10,364 nucleotides of DNA from positions 1-10,364 of the forward strand of contig CAZEYG010000034.1 of the NCBI GenBank assembly GCA_964516575.1, written 5' to 3'. The notes beneath the pieces are model-generated. The model searched no databases. It saw only the letters and a program-made list of their open reading frames with translations, and had not been told where the DNA came from. Each line of letters opens with the position of its first letter. The stretch's first letter is position 1. Positions 1 through 7,668 of this stretch are shown piece by piece. A program made the translations under genes and the position numbers. Origin of the DNA: an uncultured Defluviitaleaceae bacterium. Lineage in GTDB: Bacteria; Bacillota; Clostridia; Lachnospirales; WRBF01.

Positions 1-918
1 AATGCTACCCGTTTTATGCTGATGAATTACAAGGACGAAGCTGTTACGGATATTAAAGCGGCCGATATTACCTTAACGGCGGCTGATAAATGGATTTTAT
101 CAAGGATGAATACTGTAGCTAAAGAAGTAACCGATAATATCGAAAGTTACGAGCTTGGTATTGCCGTTCAAAAGGTTTACGACTTTATTTGGGACGAATA
201 CTGCGATTGGTATATTGAGATGGTTAAACCTAGGCTTTATGACAAAGAGGATAAAACACGTTCAGCCGCTCTTTATACCCTCAAAACCGTGCTCATCGGC
301 GCAATGAAGCTGCTGCATCCGTTTATGCCCTTTATTACCGAGGAAATATTTAATTCTGTTCAGGACAAAGAGCCGACTATTATGCTTTCCGGATGGCAGT
401 ATTATGACGAAGGCCTGAATTATCCGAAGGAAGAACGTGAAATAGAGACTATTAAAGAAGCTGTTAAGAGCATACGCCAGATTAGGCTGGAAATGAACGC
501 AACACCTTCTAAAAAGGTTAATGTATTTGTTGTTTCCGAAAGCGAGCAGGTACGAAATACGTTCACCGAAGGTAAAAGGTTTTTTATGGCTCTTGCTAAC
601 GCCTCAGACGTTACTATATTAAAGGCTAAAGAGGGTATTGCTGACGATGCCGTTTCTCTTATCATAAAAGACGCTGTTTTGTATATCCCTTTCAGCGAGC
701 TGGTTGATATAACAAAAGAAATCGGCCGTCTTGAAAAGGAGATAACAAGGTTAAAGGACGAGGTTGGCCGAATAGACAAAAAGCTGTCCAACGAGGGTTT
801 TGTTGCCAAAGCTCCTTCTAACGTTATTGAAGCCGAAAAGGAAAAGCATTACTCCTATAGCGCTATGCTTGCAAAAGCGGAGGAGCAGCTTGCTGGGCTT
901 AAAACGAAATCCAATTAA
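1..918 (+). CDS. valS: Valyl-tRNA synthetase, C-terminal part (anticodon-binding domain plus C-terminal coiled-coil tRNA-binding arm). The 5' end lies outside the window.
   Basis: Frame 1 is open from nt 1 (NATRF-MLMNYKDE...) and the ORF track gives 16..918. Class-I ValRS C-terminal motifs are present: 'EYCDWYIEMVKPRLY' and 'LLHPFMPFITEEIF'. A long heptad-like coiled coil closes the protein ('EIGRLEKEITRLKDEVGRIDKKLSNEGFVAKAP...EKEK'), as is typical of bacterial ValS. Stop TAA at 916-918. Confidence 0.85.
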   Translation, partial: NATRFMLMNYKDEAVTDIKAADITLTAADKWILSRMNTVAKEVTDNIESYELGIAVQKVYDFIWDEYCDWYIEMVKPRLYDKEDKTRSAALYTLKTVLIGAMKLLHPFMPFITEEIFNSVQDKEPTIMLSGWQYYDEGLNYPKEEREIETIKEAVKSIRQIRLEMNATPSKKVNVFVVSESEQVRNTFTEGKRFFMALANASDVTILKAKEGIADDAVSLIIKDAVLYIPFSELVDITKEIGRLEKEITRLKDEVGRIDKKLSNEGFVAKAPSNVIEAEKEKHYSYSAMLAKAEEQLAGLKTKSN

Positions 919-945
919 TTTAAACATATAAAGGAGGAATATTCC

Positions 946-1413
946 ATGGCGAAAAAAACGTGGAACGAAAAGCTACAAAATACAAATGATATGCCTAGAA
1001 TGGAGTATGTCGGCGACGACCCTAGAGCTGTCCAGAGGTATGGAGGCGGAAACATGCTCATAGCAGCGCCATTGGAATATGATGCCGTTATGAAGCGAAT
1101 ACCCGAAGGTAAGCTGATTACGACCGTTAAAATCAGGGAATATCTAGCAAAAAAACATGGGGCGGATTTTACTTGTCCTTTAACCGCCGGCATATTTGTT
1201 AGCGTTGTTGCTAATGCAGTAGAAGAACGGGGCGGAGTAGACCATACCCCTTATTGGCGCACGGTTAAAAAAGACGGTGAGCTTTGCGAAAAATATCCCG
1301 GGGGTCTTGACGGTCATGAAGCTCTTTTACGTGCAGAAGGACATAATATTATTAAAAAAGGTAAAAAACTGCTTGTGGAAAATTACGAGCAGGCGTTGTA
1401 TAATCTTGAATAG
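946..1413 (+). CDS. Small MGMT-fold DNA-binding protein (PF01035 DNA_binding_1), alkyltransferase-like (ATL/YbaZ-like), without the catalytic cysteine.
   Basis: Strong SD 'AAGGAGG' 7-8 nt upstream of the ATG, 27 nt after the valS stop. 'RIPEGKLITTVKIREYLAKKHGA' aligns with the MGMT DNA-binding helix-turn-helix ('IP.GK..TYG.IA...G'). 'TPYWRTVKKDGEL' aligns with the 'IPCHRVV / LPWHRVV' active-site loop of MGMT and E. coli YbaZ, but an aromatic residue (Y) replaces the Cys. Confidence 0.5.
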   Translation: MAKKTWNEKLQNTNDMPRMEYVGDDPRAVQRYGGGNMLIAAPLEYDAVMKRIPEGKLITTVKIREYLAKKHGADFTCPLTAGIFVSVVANAVEERGGVDHTPYWRTVKKDGELCEKYPGGLDGHEALLRAEGHNIIKKGKKLLVENYEQALYNLE

Positions 1414-1424
1414 ATGTATATAAT
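1396..1424 (+). promoter_or_regulatory. Candidate sigma-A promoter for the pspA operon: -35 TTGTAT (1396-1401), 17-nt spacer, -10 TATAAT (1419-1424).
   Basis: Read directly from the sequence. It sits inside and just after the 3' end of the upstream ORF, about 60 nt upstream of the pspA ATG. A second TATAAT lies at 1399-1404. Confidence 0.3.
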
Positions 1425-1483
1425 TTAGGGTAAGGTTTAAATAAGAACATATACTAAATGAAGCAGAAAGCGGGGTTAAACTC

Positions 1484-2188
1484 ATGGGAATTTTAGACAG
1501 ATTTTCAACTATCATGTCGTCTAACATCAATGCTCTTTTGGATAAGATGGAGGATCCGGCAAAAATGATTGACCAGGCTATTTATGATATGGAAAAGGAT
1601 TTAAGGCAGGTTAAGGTTGAGACAGTTTCAATCATGGCCGAAGAAACCAGATGTCAGACAAAATATGACGAATGCGCCAAGGAAGTAAAAAAATATGAGG
1701 AGTTTGCAAAGAAAGCTGTTTTAGCCGGAAACGACATAGACGCAACAAAATTCTTAAAAGAAAAGTCTAAAAAGCAAGAAGAGCTTAACTCTTACGCTGC
1801 GGTTTTAGAAACGGCAAAAGTAAACTCCGAAAAAATGAAACAAATGTTTGAAAAGCTAAACGGTCAAATAACCGAGCTCAACAGCAAGCGGTCGTCCATT
1901 AAGGCAAAGCTGGGCGTAGCTAAAACACAGGACAAAATAAACAAAATCTCCGGCGCCGAAAGAAACTTTGGCGGAAGCGAAAGCCTGTTTAACAGAATGG
2001 AAGAAAAAGCCGACAGGATGCTTAACATGGCAAACGCCGAAAGTGAACTTATGAGTATGTCATCCGGTGATGACGTAAAAGATCTTGAATCCAAATATTC
2101 AAAGGACGATTATTCTTCTGTGGAAGATGAGCTGGCTCTTTTAAAGTCACAGTTGCTTAGTTCAAATGATGGAAATACTGCCGAATAG
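1484..2188 (+). CDS. pspA: Phage shock protein A / IM30 / LiaH-family protein (PspA).
   Basis: The N-terminus 'MGILDRFSTIMSSNINALLDKMEDPAKMIDQAIYDMEKDLRQVKVETV' is the canonical PspA/IM30 signature. The protein (234 aa) is predicted coiled coil throughout, with an acidic/Ser-rich C-terminal tail. Confidence 0.9.
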   Translation: MGILDRFSTIMSSNINALLDKMEDPAKMIDQAIYDMEKDLRQVKVETVSIMAEETRCQTKYDECAKEVKKYEEFAKKAVLAGNDIDATKFLKEKSKKQEELNSYAAVLETAKVNSEKMKQMFEKLNGQITELNSKRSSIKAKLGVAKTQDKINKISGAERNFGGSESLFNRMEEKADRMLNMANAESELMSMSSGDDVKDLESKYSKDDYSSVEDELALLKSQLLSSNDGNTAE

Positions 2189-2211
2189 GCCGGAGGATTC
2201 GGGGGGAAATT

Positions 2212-3276
2212 ATGAGCGGTATAGTGGATTTTACCTGTAAAAGCTGCGGCGGAACGATAGAATTCAGCCCAAAGCTGCAGAAGCTGATTTGCAAAAGCTG
2301 TGGCACTGAATATGAGGCGGAAAACGCCGATGATGTTGTGCAGGAATACAACTTTAATAAAAAAGAGCTTTCCAAGGCCGACTTTGACTGGCAGCAAACA
2401 GTAAACGTTTTTAAATGCAAAGGGTGTGGTGCTGAGATAACGCTGGCAGAAAAGGTCACGTCCACGTCCTGCCCATATTGCAGCTCTGAATACGTCATAG
2501 AATCAACCCAAAACGCCGGTATCAGGCCGGAAGGAATAATTCTTTTTAGAATAACAAAAGAAGAAATAGGCGAAAGGTTTAACAAGTGGCTTAAATGGAA
2601 GGTTTTTGCGCCCGGTGAATTAAGAAGGTTATACGAAAGCGACAAGATTTTTGGCATGTATCTGCCCTACTGGACGTATGACGCCGAAACATCAAGCGAT
2701 TACCAGGGACAAGGCGGAAGGACTGTTACGGAAACGTACACTGTTAATGGCAAAACAGAGCAAAGAACAAGAACAGACTGGTATCCCGTTTCCGGCCATG
2801 TCGACAGGTTTTTTGACGATGTGCTTGTAAATGCCGGTTCTTCTCACAGAAACCTTATGGAATACTTAGCCGTATATAACACGAAAGAGTGTGTTCCCTT
2901 CGCAAGCAACTATCTTGTTGGGTTCACAACCGAGAAATACAGCCTTGGGCCAAAGGAATGTTTTGAAAAAGCGAAAGAGGAAATGCGCCGTGAGATAGAA
3001 GATGATGCGGAATCCCAAATATTACAACGATATGACAAGGCTATGGTATCAAGCATAAATACAACATACAGTGATGTGAAATTTAAACATATACTTGTGC
3101 CGGTATGGGTTTCAGGATACTATTATAAAGGCAAGCAGTATTTGTTTATCGTCAACGGCCAAGGCGGCCAAATAAAGGGATCTTACCCCATTAGCTATAT
3201 TAAAGTAGCTATAACCGTAATAATAGGGCTTATTGTTGTAATAGCTCTTGCATATTACTTTGGCGTAAACTATTAA
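2212..3276 (+). CDS. Double zinc-ribbon protein with a C-terminal transmembrane anchor. Its architecture resembles B. subtilis YdjG, encoded directly after pspA.
   Basis: SD 'GGGGGGAAATT' precedes the ATG, 23 nt after the pspA stop. There are two CxxC...CxxC zinc ribbons (CKSCGG..CKSCGT and CKGCGA..CPYCSS). A soluble middle domain follows, ending in a hydrophobic helix 'ISYIKVAITVIIGLIVVIALAYYFGV'. Operon position matches pspA-ydjG in B. subtilis (from memory, not aligned). Confidence 0.7.
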   Translation: MSGIVDFTCKSCGGTIEFSPKLQKLICKSCGTEYEAENADDVVQEYNFNKKELSKADFDWQQTVNVFKCKGCGAEITLAEKVTSTSCPYCSSEYVIESTQNAGIRPEGIILFRITKEEIGERFNKWLKWKVFAPGELRRLYESDKIFGMYLPYWTYDAETSSDYQGQGGRTVTETYTVNGKTEQRTRTDWYPVSGHVDRFFDDVLVNAGSSHRNLMEYLAVYNTKECVPFASNYLVGFTTEKYSLGPKECFEKAKEEMRREIEDDAESQILQRYDKAMVSSINTTYSDVKFKHILVPVWVSGYYYKGKQYLFIVNGQGGQIKGSYPISYIKVAITVIIGLIVVIALAYYFGVNY

Positions 3277-3311
3277 AGGTTTAAACGACCTACATAGAGG
3301 TGATTTGAATT

Positions 3312-4250
3312 ATGGGTTTGTTCGACCAGTTTGCCAACGTTATCGAATGGCAGCAGATGCGGGAAGATGTTATATTTTGGAGATGGAAAAACAAAGAGAT
3401 TAAAAAGGGCTCAAAGCTCATAATCCGGCCGGGGCAGGACGCTATATTTTTCCAAAACGGTATTATCGAAGGTGTTTTTACGGATGAAGGTTCATACGAC
3501 ATTGAAACACAGATTATACCATTTTTAAGCACGTTAAAGGGCTTTAAATTCGGGTTTAATTCAGGCCTTAGAGCAGAGGTTTTGTTTGTTAACATAAAGG
3601 AGTTTCTAATTAACTGGGGCACAAAATCGTCTATAAACATTCCGGCGCCGGGGCTTCCCGGAGGTATGCCGATTCGCCTTAGAGGAACGACAACCTTTAA
3701 GGTAACAGATTATGTTAAGTTAATAGACAAGGTTGCCGGGCTTCCCGATCAATATAATGTAGACAACGTTAAGGAAAGGATAATAAGCGCCCTTGACCAG
3801 TTACTCATGAAATGGATTGTTAAAGAAGGCAAGGATATGTTCCATTTGACTACTTATGCCGAAGAAATCGGCAAAGGTATCATGCTGGATTTGGACATGA
3901 AGTTGTTTGACCTTGGTATTACAATAATTCGGTTTGATATTACGTCCGTCACCTATCCCGAAGAGGTTCAAAGCAGGATAGACAGCGTTGCGTCCTCCAG
4001 CATGGTTGGCGACTTAGGCCAATACCAGCAGGTGGCAATGGCCGATTCTTTACGGAATAATTCAGGCTCATCTTCAGCTATGGACATTATTGGGCTGAAG
4101 GTTGCTCAGGATATGTTAAACCAAAGCGGTACGGCTCAAGGTAAGTCAACTGCGGCGCCCGCCGGAGATACAAAGTTTTGCAGCGAATGTGGAGCGAAAA
4201 TTCCGCGTACTGCAAAGTTTTGTGCGGAATGTGGGGCAAAGCTGGTTTAA
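3312..4250 (+). CDS. SPFH/Band-7 (stomatin/prohibitin/flotillin-like) protein with a C-terminal tandem zinc ribbon; COG4260 / B. subtilis YdjI-like.
   Basis: SD 'AGAGGTGA' precedes the ATG. The N-terminus 'MGLFDQFANVIEWQQ...LIIRPGQDAIFFQNGI...LKGFKFGFNSGLRAEVLFVNIKEF' matches the COG4260 SPFH family. The C-terminus 'KFCSECGAKIPRTAKFCAECGAKLV' is a duplicated CxxC zinc ribbon, as in YdjI-type proteins. Confidence 0.85.
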   Translation: MGLFDQFANVIEWQQMREDVIFWRWKNKEIKKGSKLIIRPGQDAIFFQNGIIEGVFTDEGSYDIETQIIPFLSTLKGFKFGFNSGLRAEVLFVNIKEFLINWGTKSSINIPAPGLPGGMPIRLRGTTTFKVTDYVKLIDKVAGLPDQYNVDNVKERIISALDQLLMKWIVKEGKDMFHLTTYAEEIGKGIMLDLDMKLFDLGITIIRFDITSVTYPEEVQSRIDSVASSSMVGDLGQYQQVAMADSLRNNSGSSSAMDIIGLKVAQDMLNQSGTAQGKSTAAPAGDTKFCSECGAKIPRTAKFCAECGAKLV

Positions 4251-4338
4251 ATGTAAATCAAATTTATACATCCTCTTTTTGCTTGGGTATATGTATTTCC
4301 TGTTGAACATTGCAATATCAGGCTGCATATATTAGGAC

Positions 4339-4872
4339 ATGGCTTTTGTTCCTTTGGCAAAAGGGGGTGTTTTTTTGGAAAGGCTTAAAAAAAGTGCGGC
4401 TTGCAGGTATTGGCGTAACATAAGTTTTTTAGACAAAGTACTCATTGTTTTCATGATAATATTACTATGTGAGTTGATTTTTATTATGATAGACGAAACC
4501 CAGCTTACGGAGCTGGAAGGAAGAATAGAAGTAGTGTTCAGAACAAGTGCTGCTTCGATTTTCGGTTATTTTTTAAGCTCAAATTTTCTAAATAGAAGCC
4601 ATGAGGATAACAGGAAAAAGGAACCTGCCAAGAAAAAAGAAGCGGCGCCTCAAAGGCTTAGCATAAAAGAAAAAACGGCCATTAATTTTCAGATTGTAGT
4701 TGCTGCGTTTATTGGACTTGTTTCAATTGCCGTTTTGATTTATATCAGAAACTTTGACGAACCGGGAAATCTGGCTAATGTGGCATCTGTCAGTCAGTTC
4801 AGGGATTTTTTTTCGGCAAGTGTGGGTTTCTTGTTAGGTGATGTCAGCAACAGAAATAAAGAAACCCAATAG
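4339..4872 (+). CDS. Small integral membrane protein (2 predicted TM helices) with a basic linker, fourth gene of the psp cluster. The start codon is uncertain.
   Basis: Hydrophobic segments 'VLIVFMIILLCELIFIMI' and 'INFQIVVAAFIGLVSIAVLIYI' are separated by a Lys-rich stretch 'NRKKEPAKKKEAAP'. It is co-directional with the SPFH gene and 88 nt downstream of it. Only a weak SD (AGGA) precedes the first ATG; alternative in-frame ATGs lie at ~4456/4486. Confidence 0.5.
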   Translation: MAFVPLAKGGVFLERLKKSAACRYWRNISFLDKVLIVFMIILLCELIFIMIDETQLTELEGRIEVVFRTSAASIFGYFLSSNFLNRSHEDNRKKEPAKKKEAAPQRLSIKEKTAINFQIVVAAFIGLVSIAVLIYIRNFDEPGNLANVASVSQFRDFFSASVGFLLGDVSNRNKETQ

Positions 4873-4940
4873 AGCGTTTTCAGGAACTAGGATTAGTATT
4901 AATACTAATCCCAAAATATTAAATACAGGCTAATATAAAC

Positions 4941-4969
4941 AAAACCCTGGAGTTTATCTTCAGGGTTTT
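4941..4969. terminator. Bidirectional intrinsic terminator shared by convergent genes (stem AAAACCCUG / CAGGGUUUU, 11-nt loop).
   Basis: Perfect 9-bp inverted repeat at 4941-4949 and 4961-4969, flanked by U-rich runs on both strands. It lies between the stop of the + strand gene (4872) and the stop of the - strand gene (4997). Confidence 0.6.
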
Positions 4970-4996
4970 GAGTATTACTTTGAAACGGACTATAAC

Positions 4997-5473
4997 TTAA
5001 TAACCCATTTCCTTTAAGATAGCTGAAAGCCTAGAAAGCCGTTCGCCTATAAGCTCGTCGTCCTTTGCCAAGGCAGCATACAGTAGCTGAATATCCTCGT
5101 CTATGTGCTCGTTTTCCGTACAAACAGTTACGTTCATAGCGCCGCCCTGGAGGGCTATACGGTCGATTTGTGGGTTTTGTTCGTCATATAACTTAGGATA
5201 CTTGTATGCTTCACGAAAATAGAGCTTTGCCCGGCAAATAAAAATAGCAAGGTCAATGGCTCTATGAAGCGGCATCTCCTCGGATTGTCTGGACCATTTC
5301 TCTCCCGTATACCTCCATATTTTAGCAGAGGCGTCAACCTTACCTCGTTCATTCCATTGAGCAAGGCCGATGGATAAGCCTTTTGCATCAGAATTTGATA
5401 TTCTGCCGTCTATTTTTTCGTATTCTTCCGATATTATAACCGGCTTATGTTTTAATGTTGGCGGTATTTTCAT
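4997..5473 (-). CDS. Hypothetical protein (158 aa); no recognisable family.
   Basis: Good SD 'AAAGGAATGATTAT-ATG' on the minus strand. Sequence includes 'LSIGLAQWNERGKVDASAKIWRYTGEKW...LHRAIDLAIFICRAKLYFREAYKYPKLYDEQNPQIDRIALQGGAM'. No signal peptide or TM segments. Confidence 0.7.
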   Translation of the reverse strand: MKIPPTLKHKPVIISEEYEKIDGRISNSDAKGLSIGLAQWNERGKVDASAKIWRYTGEKWSRQSEEMPLHRAIDLAIFICRAKLYFREAYKYPKLYDEQNPQIDRIALQGGAMNVTVCTENEHIDEDIQLLYAALAKDDELIGERLSRLSAILKEMGY

Positions 5474-5488
5474 ATAATCATTCCTTTA

Positions 5489-5536
5489 TACTAATCTACT
5501 AAGTTACTAATTTACTAAATTACTAATTTACTAATT
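5489..5536. repeat. Perfect tandem array of six 8-bp units TACTAANN. On the minus-strand transcript this reads NNUUAGUA x6.
   Basis: Direct reading gives tactaatc / tactaagt / tactaatt / tactaaat / tactaatt / tactaatt, then a partial 'tagta'. It sits immediately upstream of the SD of the 4997..5473 gene. Confidence 0.9.
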
Positions 5537-5537
5537 T

Positions 5538-5566
5538 AGTATGTCACAGATAATTATATTTGTCAA
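5538..5566 (-). promoter_or_regulatory. Candidate promoter for the 158-aa ORF on the minus strand: -35 TTGACA (complement of 5561-5566), 17-nt spacer, -10 CATACT (complement of 5538-5543) with an upstream TG.
   Basis: The -35 is consensus and the spacing is ideal, but the -10 is weak (4/6). This places the 8-bp repeat array in the 5' UTR. Confidence 0.35.
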
Positions 5567-5576
5567 CACATTCCTA

Positions 5577-5855
5577 TTAAAAATTTTTAGCTGTCAAAAG
5601 CGACAGGACGTTTGAATTTGTTAGTTTCTTAACCATCAGCTCTTTAAACTTTACCGACTTGCCTTTGCCCTCTATCCTCAGCTTTTCCATTTCTTTGGAT
5701 ATTTTTAATTGTTCGGATGAAAGTTCATCAAAAATGTTTTCATAAAACGCTAGACGGTTTATTGCGGTGCCTTTGTAACCAATATCATCGTGGGAAATAA
5801 AGGCTTCGTCAGTAACGTAAAATTCATCGTTAATAAACTTGGTTATTCTTAACAT
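5577..5855 (-). CDS. Hypothetical small protein (92 aa).
   Basis: SD 'AAAAAGGAGCAATTTCT-ATG' on the minus strand. The protein is charged and Lys/Glu-rich, with no TM segment and no family I can recognise. It lies 103 nt upstream, same strand, of the 158-aa ORF. Confidence 0.6.
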   Translation of the reverse strand: MLRITKFINDEFYVTDEAFISHDDIGYKGTAINRLAFYENIFDELSSEQLKISKEMEKLRIEGKGKSVKFKELMVKKLTNSNVLSLLTAKNF

Positions 5856-5874
5856 AGAAATTGCTCCTTTTTAG

Positions 5875-5903
5875 TTGACATTTGTAACAATTTGATATAT
5901 TAT
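5875..5903 (+). promoter_or_regulatory. Sigma-A-type promoter for fhs: -35 TTGACA (5875-5880), 17-nt spacer, -10 TATTAT (5898-5903).
   Basis: Consensus -35, ideal spacing and a 5/6 -10 hexamer, about 70 nt upstream of the fhs ATG in an AT-rich divergent intergenic region. Confidence 0.55.
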
Positions 5904-5970
5904 GTTAATATGGCTATTATACTTAATTTTTTGTAAATAGCAAATACTAAATTAAAAACGGAGGCAGATT

Positions 5971-7635
5971 ATGAAAACAGATTTGCAGATTGCCCAGGAA
6001 GCCAAAATGCTTCCAATAACTCAAATTGCCGAAAACTTTGGTATTGGGACCGACATGCTTATACCCTACGGCAAGTTTATGGCTAAAATCGAGGATACAT
6101 ACTTCGATAGCCTAAAGGAGAAAAAAGACGCAAAACTTGTATTGGTTACAGCAATAAACCCAACTCCGGCCGGAGAGGGTAAAACCACTACTACAATTGG
6201 CTTGGCTCAAGCCTTTAACAAGCGCGGTAAAAAGGCAATTGTTGCGCTTAGGGAACCTTCCCTCGGCCCTTGCATGGGTGTTAAAGGTGGGGCGGCAGGT
6301 GGGGGATATTCCCAGGTTCTGCCGATGGAAGCAATCAATCTGCATTTCACGGGTGATCTCCACGCAATAACATCGGCTCATAACCTGCTATCCGCTATGA
6401 TTGATAATAGCCTGAAAAACAATGCTAACGATTTGGACCCTAAGCAGATTGTTTGGAGACGTACTATTGACCATAACGACAGAGCACTTCGCAGCATTCT
6501 TATCGGCTTGGGTGGTAAGGACAATGGCGTTATGCGTGAGGACGGCTTTATGATAACTGCCGCTTCCGAAATTATGGCGATTTTATGCCTTAGCGCAGAC
6601 ATTATCGATTTAAAGAATAGAATCAGCAGGATAATCGTAGGTTATACGCCAAAAGGGCTTCCTGTTACAGCCGGCGACTTAAACGCTCAAGGGGCAATGA
6701 CCGCTCTATTAAAAGATGCGATTAAACCAAATCTGGTTCAGACTATTGAGCATACCCCTGCCTTCATACACGGCGGGCCTTTCGCAAACATTGCCCATGG
6801 CTGTAATAGCGTCAGAGCTACAAAACTTGCGTTAAAACTAGCTGACATTGTTATTACGGAAGCAGGTTTCGGCGCTGATTTGGGCGCAGAAAAGTTCTTT
6901 GATATTAAATGCCGCGTGGCAGGGCTTAATCCATCGGCGGTTGTTTTGGTTGCCACTATACGTGCGCTTAAATATAACGGCGGCGTCGAAAAGGCTTCCC
7001 TTGGCCTTGAAAATGTTGCGGCTCTTAAAGCTGGTTGTGCTAATCTTAAAAAACACATTGAGAACCTTCAAAAATATAATCTTCCGGTTGTTGTTGCCCT
7101 TAACCATTTTACACAGGACACAGACAACGAGGTTAACGCCGTAGAGGAAATGTGCAAGGAGCTTAACTGCCAGTTGGCTATTTCAAAGGTTTGGGAAAAA
7201 GGCGGGGAAGGTGGCCTTGAGATGGCCGACGCCGTTGCTAAAGCGATTGATGAAAATCGCTCAATTAAGCTGTTATACGAAGATGAGAAAAGTATTGATC
7301 AAAAGCTGGAAATTATTTGTAAGGAAATTTACGGCGCTGACGGTGTTGTTTTTACTGCAAAGGCCAAAAAAGACTTGGACAAGATTATCAAGCTTGGATT
7401 CTCACACTTACCTGTTTGTGTAGCTAAAACTCAATATTCTCTTTCAGATAACGCAGAGCTTTTAGGCTGCCCTAAAAACTTTGAGGTCACAGTCCGTGAG
7501 CTTAAAATATCCGCTGGGGCAGGGTTTGTTGTTGCGCTTACCGGCGAAATAATGACCATGCCCGGTTTGCCTAAAATACCGTCGGCGTGTAATATTGACG
7601 TTAACGACAAGGGAGAAATAAGCGGCTTGTTCTAA
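5971..7635 (+). CDS. fhs: Formate--tetrahydrofolate ligase (formyl-THF synthetase).
   Basis: 554 aa. The N-terminus '[25 protein letters not shown]' and the P-loop region '[15 protein letters not shown]' are hallmarks of FTHFS. SD 'ACGGAGG' 8 nt upstream. Confidence 0.95.
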   Translation: MKTDLQIAQEAKMLPITQIAENFGIGTDMLIPYGKFMAKIEDTYFDSLKEKKDAKLVLVTAINPTPAGEGKTTTTIGLAQAFNKRGKKAIVALREPSLGPCMGVKGGAAGGGYSQVLPMEAINLHFTGDLHAITSAHNLLSAMIDNSLKNNANDLDPKQIVWRRTIDHNDRALRSILIGLGGKDNGVMREDGFMITAASEIMAILCLSADIIDLKNRISRIIVGYTPKGLPVTAGDLNAQGAMTALLKDAIKPNLVQTIEHTPAFIHGGPFANIAHGCNSVRATKLALKLADIVITEAGFGADLGAEKFFDIKCRVAGLNPSAVVLVATIRALKYNGGVEKASLGLENVAALKAGCANLKKHIENLQKYNLPVVVALNHFTQDTDNEVNAVEEMCKELNCQLAISKVWEKGGEGGLEMADAVAKAIDENRSIKLLYEDEKSIDQKLEIICKEIYGADGVVFTAKAKKDLDKIIKLGFSHLPVCVAKTQYSLSDNAELLGCPKNFEVTVRELKISAGAGFVVALTGEIMTMPGLPKIPSACNIDVNDKGEISGLF

Positions 7636-7668
7636 ACCGGCTTCGGGTTGCCGCTTTCGTAACAGCAG

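Noticed and set aside
420-809. 129-aa minus-strand ORF inside valS.
   Set aside because: It is fully antisense to the conserved ValS C-terminal domain, has no RBS, and its composition is typical of reverse-complement noise.
2110-2657. Minus-strand ORFs (2110..2397, 2157..2657) overlapping the pspA end and the zinc-ribbon gene start.
   Set aside because: They are antisense to two well-supported + strand genes with proper RBSs and tight operon spacing. There are no start signals, and the amino-acid composition is Ser/Leu-rich.
5155-5388. 77-aa minus-strand ORF nested in another frame of the 158-aa gene.
   Set aside because: It lies inside the better-supported longer ORF on the same strand, and no RBS precedes it.
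6738-7144. Three long overlapping ORFs (6738..7058 -, 6838..7107 -, 6848..7144 +) inside the fhs coding region.
   Set aside because: They lie entirely within the strongly supported fhs gene, have no SD sequences, and have low-complexity Arg/Leu/Ser-rich translations. These are typical antisense or off-frame artefacts of a coding region.
7635-7650. Short hairpin AACCGGCUUCGGGUU just after the fhs stop, as a possible fhs terminator.
   Set aside because: The stem is only 5 bp with a bulge and has no following U-tract. It is more likely that fhs transcripts read into, or terminate within, the downstream leader structures.
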